Of a stretch of DNA of 64,000 nucleotides, positions 14,401-26,790 are shown in pieces. The DNA is taken from contig NC_045697.1 of assembly GCF_009834535.1 (NCBI RefSeq), forward strand, positions 50,966,001 through 51,030,000, read 5' to 3'. How positions within the stretch are numbered: the first letter of the stretch is position 1; every line of letters starts with the position of its first letter. The position numbers and the translations under genes are program-made. A model generated the notes under the pieces. The model worked only from the letters and a program-made list of their open reading frames with translations, did not search any database and was not told the DNA's origin. Source of the DNA: Camelus ferus. Its lineage: Eukaryota.

Positions 14401-17400
14401 GCATATCGGATTTTTCTGTTGGGCAAGAATTGTCAGAAAAAGATCTCACTCCTCTTGCACATAAGAGCAAGATTAGATTCAATTGTGGTTAATTAGCCAA
14501 GAATCCTTTGTGGGAAGCAGCTGAACATTCAGCTGGAAGGTGTAGCGTCATTTGGAATGGCTTCTGATTCCCTAGTGGGGTGCATAGCACTATAGGGAAT
14601 CAGCACACAATCATAACATGTTAGTATTATACTTTGCTCCAGTCTAATCCTAGACACTCTCACTCTGTTGCCACCCTTATGGTGGTGTTCGTTTAAATTC
14701 TGAGCTTTGAATGAAATTGCGTAAGGAAATGGACCATTCCCTCAGGCCGCAACACATCCTGTTGGTCCCTTTTCCATTCTGGGTTTCTCTGGGCATTACC
14801 TATACATCTACTCTCACAGGATCACAGATTTAACATCTCCAGTGGGTGAATGTGGAATGAAAGATGTGGCAATTGTGTACTCAGCTGCAGGAAGGGCTGC
14901 AATCTTTTCTTTCAGCTCACCCTTGGAGAAAAATCATCAGTTTGTCAAGCTAGTTTGTTTTATTCTCTTTGAAATGAGTCACACTGACTCAGCTTAATGG
15001 GAATGTTAAAAAATTTTAAATAAACCAGTTTGATCTGCAATCACTTGTGATCCTTTATGGAAGCAATTCTGTGGGCAGTTCTTTGTTCTCTCATATCTGG
15101 TCCAAGTATTTTGTTTTGGAAATCTTCCGGAAAAACAGCCTTTCTTAAGGCTATGTTTGTTTGCACCAGTTTTCATTTATGTTTCTGATGTCTTTCCGAA
15201 GTCAGCTTTGACACGCTGTGCACAAGTCATGGCAGAGCAGCATAAAGAGCAGAAACTGGACAGGTGTACATCTGAATAACATCAATAGTATTTTTCCTTT
15301 TTTACAATATGTGTAGAGAAGTGACCACCTTCTATTTGTCTATCAAATTTCTACTTCCTTTTTATTTTGTAGCTCATTAGAAAACCTCCCCACAGTTTCA
15401 ATTTGCTAATAGTGTACATCCTGCAGGCTTGGTCAGAGCGATACTAACAGCCCCATGCTTGGGCAAGTTAAACTATTTGATATTACATAAATTTCCAACC
15501 AGTTTTCTTTGGAAAACTCCAGGTAACTGCCCTCAAGCTTAATCATGTGCACCGCTGTATGTGGTGACACTACAAATTACACAATCCAGAGATGAAAACA
15601 GGTGGTTTTTTTTTCCCTAAGATGGTAGGGAGGAAAAAGGCCAAACACTGAACATATTTAGCCATGTTTGTTCCTCTGTATTTGTGTGACACCATAAGCT
15701 GTGAGAAAGTGAAGACAGATGTCAAGTGGGTCAGGACTACCAAGAATTTATAGCACATCACTGGTCTAGCACACGTGGGCTGCCTCATCTTCCCCCGTGG
15801 GAAACAGCATCGGGTTGCTTTGCCTTTTTAGATTACGCTTTCCATTGCTATTACGCTGTCCATTGCTAGCATTCTTTTCATGACAATCTTTCTTTTTAAA
15901 TCTATAGAATGGGGAAACTTGATTATTTTATCAGTTACAGAATAACTAGAGCCTGAGCCAGAACCTAAATAGTTCTCCTCTGAATTGAAGGTATTACCCG
16001 TAATGCTTGGTCTTTTAAGACATCTGTTTTGACTGGCTATATTCTGGATAGTAGAGCCTCCTAAAAAAATCAATTAACAAATACATTAGGATTATCTTAT
16101 CTCCTTCATAAGGCTGCTATTGTGAGGCTCAAAAGATATGAAAGTTGTAAAAAAAAAAAAAAAGACTTCAAAGGAATTCAAAGCTCAAGGGGAAAAAAAG
16201 ATCCTGTTTATTCAGATTTCCCATCACTAGTATGGGTAAGCACCTGTGTTGTGGCCACCAGCGGCATTTGGGTAGAATTAATGCCGCATATTCCCTAGGG
16301 GTGAATGTTTTTTGGCCACAGGAAAACAAACATTATGGAAGAGACTTTTAGTAGGACTACGACTGGTGCCAGCAATGATAGTGTCCTTTCCCGTGGAGAG
16401 AGCCAGGAGTATCTTGGATCCCTAGTGGCTCCTGGCCCATCATAAAATGGATACAGATGATGGTGGTTATGGTGAGGATGGCAATGAAGATCATGATAAT
16501 TTTTAGCACATATTGAGTGCTTACTATGTGTTGGGCCCTTTTTCAAGGATTTTACACAAATTAACTCATTTAATCTTCTCAGCAACCCTATCCTACCTCA
16601 TGCTATAATCACCCTCATTTTACAGATAAGGATAAATGCACAGAGAAGTAACTGATCTAAAGCCAGATAAAGAAAATAAAAATAAGTGTTGCCCAACTGG
16701 TAAAGATAAGCAGTTGCCCAGTTTTATTTATTCTGGGCATTAGAATGCATTGAAAATTGTTAGTATTCCTATATAAATCATGGTTTCCAGAAAAGAAGTT
16801 TCTATACACTTTCCTCCTTTTGTAAATTGCATTCTTCATAGTGCCCAAGGGCCTGAAAGATAGGCTGTGTAACTTATTTAGAATCACTCTACCTAAGAGT
16901 GCTTTGAATACGAGGAACTCATTGCAAGTTGGCAGAACAAACACATTTGCATCTACTCTCGTAAGAGCACTGTGGGATATCTGTATAAGAATGGATTATG
17001 TTGGTTTCTGCTAATTCCATTGGCACATATGTTTTACAGAATCTATGTAACCTTGTGTTTCAGTGTGTAACTGAATTATTGTGTCAAAATATGCTCAGAA
17101 TCAGTACAGGAAGTATTCAACATGCATCCTGACCACACTGGTATGAATATAATTTTAATAACATAAAAAATTGTTATAACTTAGCATAATGTGTCCACCT
17201 ACAGAGGCCCATAGTACTATATTAATACTGTAAATCTGAAAACCATCACAGCCCTTTTTATGAATAGACTTGATCTCACTTACAAGATTTATTACTTTGC
17301 AGGGGAATGACACGCTGGGGAGAATTTGATGATCTTTACCGTATTAGTGATTTGGACAGGACTCAGATTCCAGTGTCTGAAGTAACAGGTTCCCAGGAAG

Positions 17401-17519
17401 GTCAGTATCAAACTCTTGTTAATGAGGAGATTTTTCTAACTAATGTAAAGCATGAATCCTAATGTTTCTCTGAAATTTAACATTATATACAGTGTTACTT
17501 ATTGGATTCATTCTGTACT

Positions 17520-17570
<51 letters not shown>

Positions 17571-20500
17571 TGGAGCATCTAACTTAAGTCACTACAGTGC
17601 TCACATGATGTTTAAGAACCTTACTTTGCTATATAAAAACATTTTTTTAAAGTTATATCAAGTCACTTAGATTTATTAGATTAGGGAGAATTAATGGTTT
17701 GAATAAAGTTTGTGTACAGAAGATTGTTCAACATTTTCCCCGAGGATTAGGATTATTTATTATATTCAGTAGCTTTTTATGTTAGATCAAGCCCTTCAGA
17801 CTGAATTCCACATCTTTTTAGAAGTTGAACATTTTAGTTAATAGATATTTATTTAACATTGCTTTTCAGAAAGAGACAGATATCCTGGAATCACTATATT
17901 TGATAGGGTTGTTTCAAGCATTTATTTAAAAAAGAAATCCGCTTGAACATCAAATGAGTTCAAATCAAACTTGACAAACCAGTGGAAAATGCCAGCTCCT
18001 GTCATGTGACATCAATAGTCATAATAGCGATGACGTGGTAGTAATGAGGATATTAGGATCTGTCATTTACTGAGGCCCTAAAGTGTCAGGCATGATATCT
18101 TGTATTTTTCATTTTTGTTGTCATTTAGTGTATAGAGATCCAAGGAGGAGCTGATGTCTGAGGCTGGGGATGGGGTTCATGTTCCCAGGGTGGTGACATT
18201 ACCAAGCTGACTTCAGACTGAACCAGGGTATCCTGCTGGCATTATCTTCATGAATCTACCACCAGCTTCCAGTGTTTAGTTATTTTTTTCCAAAGCACTC
18301 TCAACCCCCTCTACTGTCTCTATAACAACTCAGATTTTATAACAAACATGATGGGCCTTCCAGGATTTCCTTATTTTTGTTTTATGGCCTTTTGGCATCT
18401 TTTATATAAGCATCCTTCTAATTAGTCCTTTGACATTCATCTAACACAGGGGAATCCGAATATCTTGGCACCAAAGATACAACAAAAATCTACTTGTATT
18501 AAAGCAACAGTGCTAGAGAAAGATAAAATATCACATGCTTATGTGATGATACTCTAATTACAATAGAATTAAAATTCCAAGGTAAAATGGAACACGTGTC
18601 ACCAGACAGCCCTATTCTTAAACAAGATCATTACTATTTTCTGTGTAAAAGCATTATAGTCCACTGCTTAGCTACATAATTCCTTTTTAAATACATAACC
18701 AAATCCACCCAGGCTGCAAAGACGTGGGCAGCTAAATTACTTGGGCTTATAACCTTTATTCTTCCCAGATTATTCATCTTATCACAGTAGCACTCTGAAG
18801 CCTCCTGCAGGTAAAGAGCCAGAATCCCCCTTGCTCTACAGAACCATGAGCGAAGCAACCCTGGTGAGAAAAAGGATGAAGCCCCCGATGTTGGACAGAA
18901 AAGACAGACAGACGCATCGGGCCTCTATTAACGGACATTTTTATAACCATGAAGTGAGTTACCATTCCATTAATATCATTTAAAATAATGTTGTCTATTT
19001 GTGCTAACAATATCACTCAATTCAACTTGCAGTTAAAAGTGATAATAATTATACTCTTAAATATAATACTACTGTTAGTATTGGGTGCTCTCTATGTGTT
19101 AGGCATTAAACTGTTTTGATTTCTCTCATTAATCACTAAAACAATCGTATGAAGTAAATACTTCATTATTTTCCCTATGTTGCATATGAGTTAATTGAGG
19201 TTCACAGAGGTTAGGCAATTTGTCACAGGTCACACTGTTTTTAAGTAGCAACTCTGAACTCCAACCCAGCTTTGTCTGAGGCCAGAACCCAAATTTAACC
19301 AACGTGGTGGATGAACCGTATCTAACCATGCTCCACACACTGGAAATATGAAGATGATTCAGTTGATAACTCTGCCAGCATGGAGCTTAGGTCTTGGGCC
19401 AAGAAACCAATACAGCCACACATAGCACTAGAATAATCTAAGTGCTACAGAAGATGGCTGTTCAAAGTACATTCAAACATTAATATTTAAATAAAAGGAA
19501 AACTCATCTATAGTCCTGTTTATTCCAAGAAATCAAATTCCTCATTTTCTATGTCTTATATATATACAGTTCACATTTACACAGTGCAATTGCAGTTTAT
19601 ATAATTTTTATTCTGATTTTTTTTCTCTTAATATCTGTTAAATTTATATGCGCCTTTCCATGGTATTTGTAAGACATTTTGCTTTACTGAAGGTAGGAAA
19701 TATAACTTTTTTTTCTAGAACTCAAAATTTATCATGTAAGTCATTCATCCATTCATTTAATAAATGCTTAAAAAGCACTCACTCTATCTAAGGCACCATT
19801 CTAACCCCTTTAATGCAAAATATTGACTCATTCATCTTGAGCTTTTTTCCTATAAGACTTTCTACCTTATTCCTTCTTCTACCTTTGGGAGGGTATCCAT
19901 ATGTTCCTTTGGAGACTGGTGGGAAGAAACCCCCATTGTGAATTCTTTGTTCAAAATAGACATTTTTCTGGCTCAAGAATTTCCTCCTGACCATAAAGTA
20001 CCCTTGACAGTCCCCCACAGATGTGCAACTACCAATTGTCCTAGTTTCTTCTTCTCCTCAGAATCAAGGTCTATGTCATCATCTTGTGGGCTGACTTGTG
20101 TTAAAGAAGGCTGTGGAAGCCACATTGTCCCAAATGAGCAGCTTCCAGCCGGGACCCCAGTGCTGAGGATGAACCGGCACTAAGCTGGCAGCACAGCACG
20201 TAGTTAAGTGCTAGGGTGTTGCAGCCTGATGCCCTGATTTCAAATCCTTGCTGGGAAAAGTTTAAACATGACTCAATCTCTTAACCTGGGTTCCCTCACC
20301 CTTCCTTCTTAACAAGGTTGTTGATGGGATTAACTGGAATGGGGTGAGTTAAGCACTTAGCAGAGTGTCTGCATGAAGGAAGAATTCAATTTACATTAGT
20401 TTTATTGCTGTTGATTGAAAGAGAGATCAAGCTGGAACTAGAGATACATACATACAAATGTTATTCACTGAAATATAATAACTAGCAGAAAACAAAACCC

Positions 20501-23385
20501 CAAAACCCAAAGCGCTCTATCAATGCATATGCCGTGATGGGCATCTAGGAATTTAAGTTGTTTTCATATCATGAAACCTCTAGATAATGCCAACATCGAA
20601 CAACACCCGTATCAGTGGCTTAGACTATGATACAGCCAGTCCCAAGGAATACATTCCAAGACTCCCAGTGGATACCTGAAACTGAGGATAGTACTGAATT
20701 CTGTGTATATACTATGTTTTTTCCTACACATACAGACCTATGATAAAGTTTAGTTTATGAATTAAGCAAAATAAGAGATTAACAATAATAGCTAGTGATA
20801 AAATAGGATAATTATAACAATATGCCGTAAAAAGTGTTATGTGAATGTGGTCTCTCTTTCGCCCTCTCTCTAAAAATATTTTGTTGGACTGTACTCACCT
20901 CTGTAAGGGTATGAGATGATAAAATGGCTACGGGATGAGATGAAGTGAGGTGAATGATGTAGGAATTGTGACTCAGCATTAGGATACGATTGACCTGATT
21001 GTGCTGACTTTGTGTTAAGAGGAGGGTCATTTGTTTCTGGTGATCTTGGACCATCAAGCCATGACGATGTCAACAGTTGGCTGTCAGCAGCAGACACTGT
21101 CAATGGCTGGGGATCCTGGGCAGGATGGAGTAGGATGCTGTGAGATTTTATCACGCTACTCAGAATGGCACACAATTTAAAACTTATGAGTTGTTTATTT
21201 CTGGAAATTTAGTGGGGAGGGTATAGCTCAGTGGTAGAGCACACGCTTAGCATGCAAGAGGTTTTGAGTTCAATCCTCAGTACCTCCATCAAAATAAATA
21301 AATACCTAATTACCTCCCTCCTAAAACAGTTTTTTTTTAATTTTTTAAATAAATTTTCCACTAGATTTTTTTCATCTCTCTCAGGATTTTATTTCTTTTA
21401 AAATAAGAATAATGATCAAATTGTGAGTTAAAAAATTATATGTTTTTTATGACTTTTTTATGGTGCGTTACTAATCCCCAAGAGGGATATGTCAACTCTT
21501 CTGACCATGGAAGCTTTTGTCTAAAAGGCAGAGGCTTGATTAGAGCAACTTGAGGGAAACATTGTTCTACATGTTCCATCAGCAGCACTTTGACCCCAAC
21601 CCCCAGGTGAGATACAGGCTGAACCGTATGAAATTGCCTACATTGGACAATTTCTGACCAAACCCAAAAGGAGTGATTTCATATAATTCAAACTAAAAAA
21701 CAGCCTAGAACAATTATTCCCAACCAGGAGAGAATTTTGAAATCTTCAACTACACTGAAGAATGGTGTGATTTTCTAGCGAAAATGTTTTGAACATTCTC
21801 AAATGATGTTTTACCTAACTTTCTCTAGAAACAATGCTTAATATTCAGTAACAACAGAGAAACCAAAACAGGAAAACAAGTTTTTAAATTGGTGATCTTG
21901 GACTTTTTTGCCCAAAGGAAGGCCAGATTCAAGATGCTGACTATTGTTAGTTGTCATATAAGTCCTTAAAATTACGTCCATCTTTTTTTTTTCCTAGACA
22001 TCAATTTTTACTCCAGCCTTTGGATCAGAAACTAAGGTCAGAATAAACAGTGATATGAGAACTGAAGAAGTAATAAAGCAAATTCTCCAAAAATTTAAGG
22101 TAATCTTTATCACTGAACTGAGCTATAAATATCTTGTATATAATTTAACTGTAGACACATAAATGGATTCTTCTGAAAAAGACCTATAAACATGTAAATC
22201 TAAATTAAATGTTCAGTTCTGAAGAATTCTTTCATATATAAAGTTGACCCTTGAACAACACAGGTTTGAACTGCGTGGGTCCATTTATACATGGATTTTG
22301 GGAACAGCAGATCATGGAACCAATCCCCTGTGATAGCAAGAGACAACTGTATAATACCTTTTGGTAACTGTGCCCTGAGAAATTACATTATTCTCAGGGA
22401 GCAGAGAAGGTTTTATGTCTGAAAGTGAAAAACGAATGTGAGGAAACATATATAATTTGGGTCTGGTTGGCTTAGAAAACATTGACAACAAAGAATTCAT
22501 GTCTGTTCATGTTTTTCCATTGACAGATTGAAAACAGTGCCCAGGATTTTGCACTTTACATAATTTTTGCAACAGGAGGTAAGAAAGCTTGGTGGTTCTT
22601 CTTACACGACTTCAGTGTGTTATCATTTTCTGCCCACAGGGAAGACAGAAGACAGTATGCCTCATTCTGTGGAAGAAAGGGAAGGAGGGAAGAGAGAAGG
22701 GAGGGGGTGGGGAGTGTTTTAGATTATTCATATTTCACAGTTTCAGGGGAAGACAACCTAAGACTAAGGTATCTGAAAAGAGTTTACAACACAAAAAAAT
22801 TTGCTTGTTAGCCAGGCGTTAATTCATGTGAACGGCGATCAGAGCCCTGGAGAATCTAGGTGGAAAGTTCTCAGGAATTGTTAGGCATTTAAGTTGTTGA
22901 GCTCTCTACATCTTTCTTTTTCTGTCTTCCCTTAGCATTCTAGCTCTTACTAGAGTCATCGTTACATACTATTTCTCCCTGATGGTGTTATTACTTTAGC
23001 ACAGAGTCTGATGCATTGTAGGAGTGTTATATCTTCCTCAGTAGGGAGAAATGTGCAGAGCCTTGTGGTGGGGTCGAAAGGTTAGCAGCAGGACATTGGG
23101 AAGAGACTCTGGGGTGGGTGCTGGGAACGGAGAGTAAAAGAGAGATTAGAGAAACCCTAAGGCAATACTGAAATGAAATTTTTCAAAGCTTTAAAACTGA
23201 AAAAAAAAATGTAAATGTTAAATTGTAGAAATAGCTCAGGTTATAATTTAAGTGCCAGAATGAGCTGGAGATTGCCTAGAATAAAGTCATACATTTTGAT
23301 ACAGAGCGACTATAAGAAAATAAAAGCTGGATCTCCAAACACATACAAAATTAAAATCCTTATAAACTGAAAGCTTAAACACAAG

Positions 23386-23438
<53 letters not shown>

Positions 23439-24205
23439 TACACATATATATATACTTTTTTTAAATTCTAAGTGTGTGTGTATATGTACATATACATATA
23501 TATGTATTCATTCAGCAAGAAAAAGAAGTCCATTTTTAGTTCATTTCAAGGGTTTAATTTCAATTCAGTTTTTTGAGTGAGTGCCTCCTGTTGTATGTTC
23601 TTCTTAAATCTTTCAAAGTGAGATAAGGAAGCAAAATGAATGGACAAAGGATCTATCTTGTTTTTCTGTAGGATGGACTCCTGACTGTAGTTGGTCTTTT
23701 TTCTCATTTGCAGAGCAGAAGAGGCTGAAGAAGACAGACATTCCACTACTGCATAGACTCCTACAGGGGCCTTCCAAAGAGAATGCTCGCATTTTCCTCA
23801 TGGATAAAGATGCAGAAGAAATTAGCAGCGATGTATGGATACCATCACCCTGAATCTGTCTTTGCTCCCTCCTGACTCAGCACCTCTCACACAAATGCTC
23901 TGCTTTTTGTTTTGTTTTGTTTTCCCTTTCAGGTGGCTCAGTACATTAATTTTCATTTTTCTCTCCTGGAATCCATCCTTCAAAGATTAAATGAAGAAGA
24001 GAAAAGAGAGATTCAAAGAACAATAGCAAAGTAAGTCAAGAGCTTGCATGTGGGCTGCTTGGTCCTTTAATAGGTTCAGCGCACAAAATGTATCCAATTT
24101 TTAATACTTTTTCTCCTTCTCATTTTCAGATTCAGTACAGAAAAGGCAATCATACTGAAATGTCTTCAAAGTAAAGGGGTAATAAAAACAGAAACAACAG
24201 TTTAG
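8211..24205 (+). CDS. RASSF6: RASSF6 (Ras association domain family member 6), partial gene model: join(8211-8289,12180-12319,17303-17400,18769-18953,21998-22099,22527-22578,23714-23832,23933-24030,24130-24205); N-terminal coding exon not in window
   Basis: Nine exons with AG/GT boundaries and compatible phases (949 nt) splice into one stop-free frame [14 protein letters not shown]...[23 protein letters not shown]...[14 protein letters not shown]...[26 protein letters not shown]...KTETTV*, matching recalled human RASSF6 (RA domain, SARAH domain, PDZ motif). Confidence 0.97.
9715..9890 (-). mobile_element. L2 LINE 3' end fragment
   Basis: aacaaatatttattg...tatgccagacactgttcta...gctagagatatagcaatgaa. 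Confidence 0.6.
9955..11535 (+). mobile_element. 5'-truncated L1 (ORF2 C-terminus + 3' UTR with internal (TA)n)
   Basis: ORF 10559-10822 ([13 protein letters not shown]...[21 protein letters not shown]...CWRRCGEKG) is the L1 ORF2 C-terminal region; 3' end gcacagggaactatattcaa...acaccagaaattgacacattgtaactaactatacttt; frameshifted, non-functional. Confidence 0.95.
11430..11469. repeat. (TA)n microsatellite in L1 3' UTR
   Basis: Directly visible, about 20 units. Confidence 0.95.
11927..11945 (-). promoter_or_regulatory. Candidate CTCF binding site
   Basis: Minus strand reads TGTCCACCAGAGGGCATAG, close to the CTCF core CCACCAG(A/G)GGGC; motif match only. Confidence 0.4.
12180..12319 (+). CDS. 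RASSF6: RASSF6 coding exon (140 nt): [46 protein letters not shown](R)
   Basis: cttccctag acceptor, gtgagc donor, phase-compatible. Confidence 0.95.
16495..16655 (-). mobile_element. MIR SINE fragment
   Basis: tattgagtgcttactatgtg...ttaactcatttaatcttc...cattttacagataagga...gcacagagaagt. Confidence 0.75.
17303..17400 (+). CDS. RASSF6: RASSF6 coding exon (98 nt): [32 protein letters not shown]
   Basis: tttgcag acceptor, gtcagt donor. Confidence 0.95.
17523..17565. repeat. (TA)n microsatellite
   Basis: Directly visible. Confidence 0.95.
18769..18953 (+). CDS. RASSF6: RASSF6 coding exon (185 nt): (D)[61 protein letters not shown]
   Basis: cttcccag acceptor, gtgagt donor. Confidence 0.95.
19070..19290 (-). 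mobile_element. MIR SINE
   Basis: tgaggttcacagaggttaggcaatttgtcacaggtcacac MIR core. Confidence 0.65.
20633..21210 (+). mobile_element. MER44/Tigger7 (TcMar-Tigger) DNA transposon relic
   Basis: ttccaagactcccagtggatacctgaaact...atagtactgaa...tatactatgttttttcctac...gttatgtgaatgtggtctctct...atttaaaacttatgagttgtttatttctggaa. Confidence 0.8.
21214..21327 (+). mobile_element. tRNA-Ala-derived SINE of the camelid vic-1 type
   Basis: ggggagggtatagctcagtggtagagc (A box) ... gagttcaatcctcagtacctcca (B box), then aaataaataaatacctaattacctccc tail; no intact cloverleaf. Confidence 0.8.
21998..22099 (+). CDS. RASSF6: RASSF6 coding exon (102 nt): [34 protein letters not shown] (RA domain)
   Basis: ttcctag acceptor, gtaatc donor. 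Confidence 0.95.
22241..22349. mobile_element. Internally deleted Tigger-family element (MER2B-like)
   Basis: agttgacccttgaacaacacaggtttgaactgcgtgggtcca left end and ggaaccaatccc...gacaactg right end, flanked by TA. Confidence 0.7.
22527..22578 (+). CDS. RASSF6: RASSF6 coding exon (52 nt): [17 protein letters not shown](E)
   Basis: ttgacag acceptor, gtaaga donor. Confidence 0.95.
23388..23505. repeat. (TA)n / (TG)n compound microsatellite
   Basis: Directly visible. Confidence 0.9.
23714..23832 (+). CDS. RASSF6: RASSF6 coding exon (119 nt): (E)[39 protein letters not shown]
   Basis: tttgcag acceptor, gtatgg donor. Confidence 0.95.
23933..24030 (+). CDS. RASSF6: RASSF6 coding exon (98 nt), SARAH domain: [32 protein letters not shown](K)
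   Basis: ccctttcag acceptor, gtaagt donor. Confidence 0.95.
24130..24205 (+). CDS. RASSF6: RASSF6 last coding exon: [24 protein letters not shown]
   Basis: ttttcag acceptor; TAG at 24203-24205; class I PDZ-binding motif ETTV. Confidence 0.95.
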
Positions 24206-24922
24206 CAGTACACGTCACTTTTGCTAAAACTAACAAAATTGGAATGGTGTTACTATTTGAGTGCATAAATTCTATGCTTGCATTCATACAAATACATATA
24301 AACTCGAATCTGTAGAAAACTGAATGTCAAAAAAACCTGTCTCTCTTTGAAGTGATGAGGTTGACTAGGGTTCACAGTTGGACTGAAAGGAACTTGAATT
24401 TAGTTTCAGTAACTGAAATAAGCTTGGATACTATGTATTCCAAACAAGTTTTTATAGTGAAACCCTCAATGAACTCAAATTTCAATGGCATCTTCAGGTA
24501 GCACGCAGCTTAGACTTCTTTTAGCTTCAACTGTCAAGAGAACTAAAATATCATCGACCGACTCTTGAAAGCAATTCAGAAGTAAAAGCTGCCAGCTCTT
24601 GAGATTAAAAAAAGCAGCCCCCTCACCTCACCAAGGAATCTGGTGGTGATGGTGTTTCACAGCTCCTTGAAAACTCTAGCCTTTTCATAAAATCTAGGGC
24701 TTTCTTTATGTGGGTAGGTGACTTTGGGTTATCTGTAACATCAGAGCTGTCTATCTTTTGGGATGGAAAAGACTATGGCTCTTGTTAAGAAATCTAAATT
24801 GTAATTTTCTCAACCTGAGCCTTTCTTTTTTTTCCTCTGTTCTACTGATGACTTTCAAAACTGCCTTTAAGCTTTTTTTTTTTTTGTCAGTTGAAGTAGT
24901 TTTCTTTTTTTTTTTTTCCCCA

Positions 24923-24928
24923 AATAAA
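24923..24928 (+). terminator. Candidate RASSF6 polyadenylation signal (another AATAAA at 25307-25312)
   Basis: AATAAA after a U-rich stretch, with tgtgtct downstream; true 3' end unknown. Confidence 0.35.
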
Positions 24929-25764
24929 CATACCTCAGAGATTTACTGTGTCTCATCAGCTAGTCTAAGACGTGGCCCATAATAACCATTTGTTGCTGAA
25001 TGCATGCAGGTGATGCCGAGCTGTGGTAACTGAAGATAGGCAGGGAATCTGGAGCTTGGCCCTTTCCCTCCAAGGCAACTCATTCTACAAGACAGCGTTC
25101 AAGGTACTTCAAGTCTGCTTAGCCAATCTGAAAAAGCACTGAGAATGCCACCAGTCATCATCTACTTCCTTATTTATGAGCTCTATATTAAAATGGAGTT
25201 TTATGCATCTTTCTTCCACTCTCAAAACTATTTCCACTTGCATTCCTCATAAGCCTTGGGTTAAATTGATTGCATTACACATACCACAAGGCATAAGGTT
25301 GTAGGCAATAAATCTAGTTGGAAGATCAATTATCAAAATATGAAACATGTTTAAGACAAAGGCATCACTTCTCAGGGTCACCTAAACCTAAGCCGGATGA
25401 AAGTAAAAGTATGCTATGGCCTTTTCAGTCCTAGGAAATCTTCTTTCTTGAGTGAAACAGAAGTTTGCATCTTTATTCTGCCATCTATCAGTTAATAAGA
25501 AAGTAATCTCATCTAGCTAAAATAAGGCAAATGTAATAGTTAAAATTCATTAAACTTACTTAAAGTAGTGTCAAATATCTGCCACAAACATGACAAAAGA
25601 TTCATCTTTAACATGTTGAAAGTCTACAAAAGAAAAATACTAAGTCTGGAAAGAAAAAAATTTTAAAATAAATAAGACAGATGACATGAAAAGTAAAATC
25701 ACAGAAGAAATGCAAATGGCTACTAAGTATGTGAAAAAAAGTTGTATCTTAATCGTGATCAGTT

Positions 25765-26790
25765 ATATTAGTCCTTGTCTAATCAGGAGATAGAAACCAC
25801 ACAGTCATTTAAATAGGGGAAGTTTAACATAAGGAATTATTTAGCTGTGATGATAGGAGAGTAACTGTAAAGATGGAAAGAGACCGTTAAAGGGCACCCT
25901 AAGGCTAAGGGAAGAATACCCAGCAAAGGAAAAGCTTGGGGAGGGGCTCAGAATTCACCGGAGAAGCCGCGGTTGCAGCCCACTGGAGGGAGGCGGCCCC
26001 CGCCGGTTGCCCAGGACACAGCAGGGCCACAGTTATAGGACAAGCAGGAACAACAGGGGTCAGGGCCAGGTGGGCAGGTGCGCAGCGGGGCTTGGGGCTT
26101 CTCTGCAGGCACAAGGCCCAGATCACGTAGTGTCTGTGTCTGAAGGTCTGCAAGAAACAAAGCCTGGGGGCACAGGTCAGCCGAGGCTGAAGGGAAGGCA
26201 CACAGGTGGAGTCAGGGGTGCTGCTGCCCATGTCGCGAGGCCTGGGATCTGCAGGGGCCTCCTTTGCAGGGACCTAGTACAACTCTGTGTAGGCCTTAGG
26301 CTGTGGCATCTTTGAGGCTGCATGGGACAAAGGTCAGGCAGGTGGCTTATCAGATGTCCAGCCCCACAGGGCCCTCTCTGGGAGCATGCACCAAGTTGAG
26401 AAGGTGTGGAGACAAATGATCTGAGCCAGGGCGCAGACCTGCAATGGGGCTCCAGGCTGTGCCACCACAAACAAAATCGAAAGCTGGAAAAGGGGTTGGA
26501 GGAACAAACACTAAAGAAAGCTGCACCCTACAGGCAACTAGCACTGGAGAAACCACTCTGGGCAGAGCAGTAGAGGAAGAAAATCAGCTTCCCAGTGAAC
26601 CTAGCCAGCCAGCTCCTAGGAACTGGGAAAGAGCAACCACCTCCCGCAGTGTTTCTCCAGCGCCCTCTACCGACAAAGCATGACATGTAAACTGCAAGGA
26701 AAACGTTTAAAGGCTCCACATCCGTTTTCACAAAGCCAACAGCAAAGAGTAAATTTGGAGCAGAGAGGCAATAAAATAACTGGCCTGTTA
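25765..26790. mobile_element. Ancient GC-rich LTR (LTR78/MamGyp-like) inserted in an old L1 3' fragment (about 25560-25765 and 26790-27410)
   Basis: aatcaggagatagaaaccacacagt...aagtttaacataaggaattat at one end and ctccagcgccctctaccgacaaagc...tttaaaggctcca at the other; L1-like AT-rich flanks. Confidence 0.55.

Noticed and set aside
21214..21285. Possible tRNA-Ala gene
   Set aside because: Mismatched stems and a SINE-type tail; it is a tRNA-derived SINE
24130..24140. Tandem acceptors cag|ATTCAG|TACAG in the last RASSF6 exon
   Set aside because: The first AG gives the homologous frame; no evidence for use of the others
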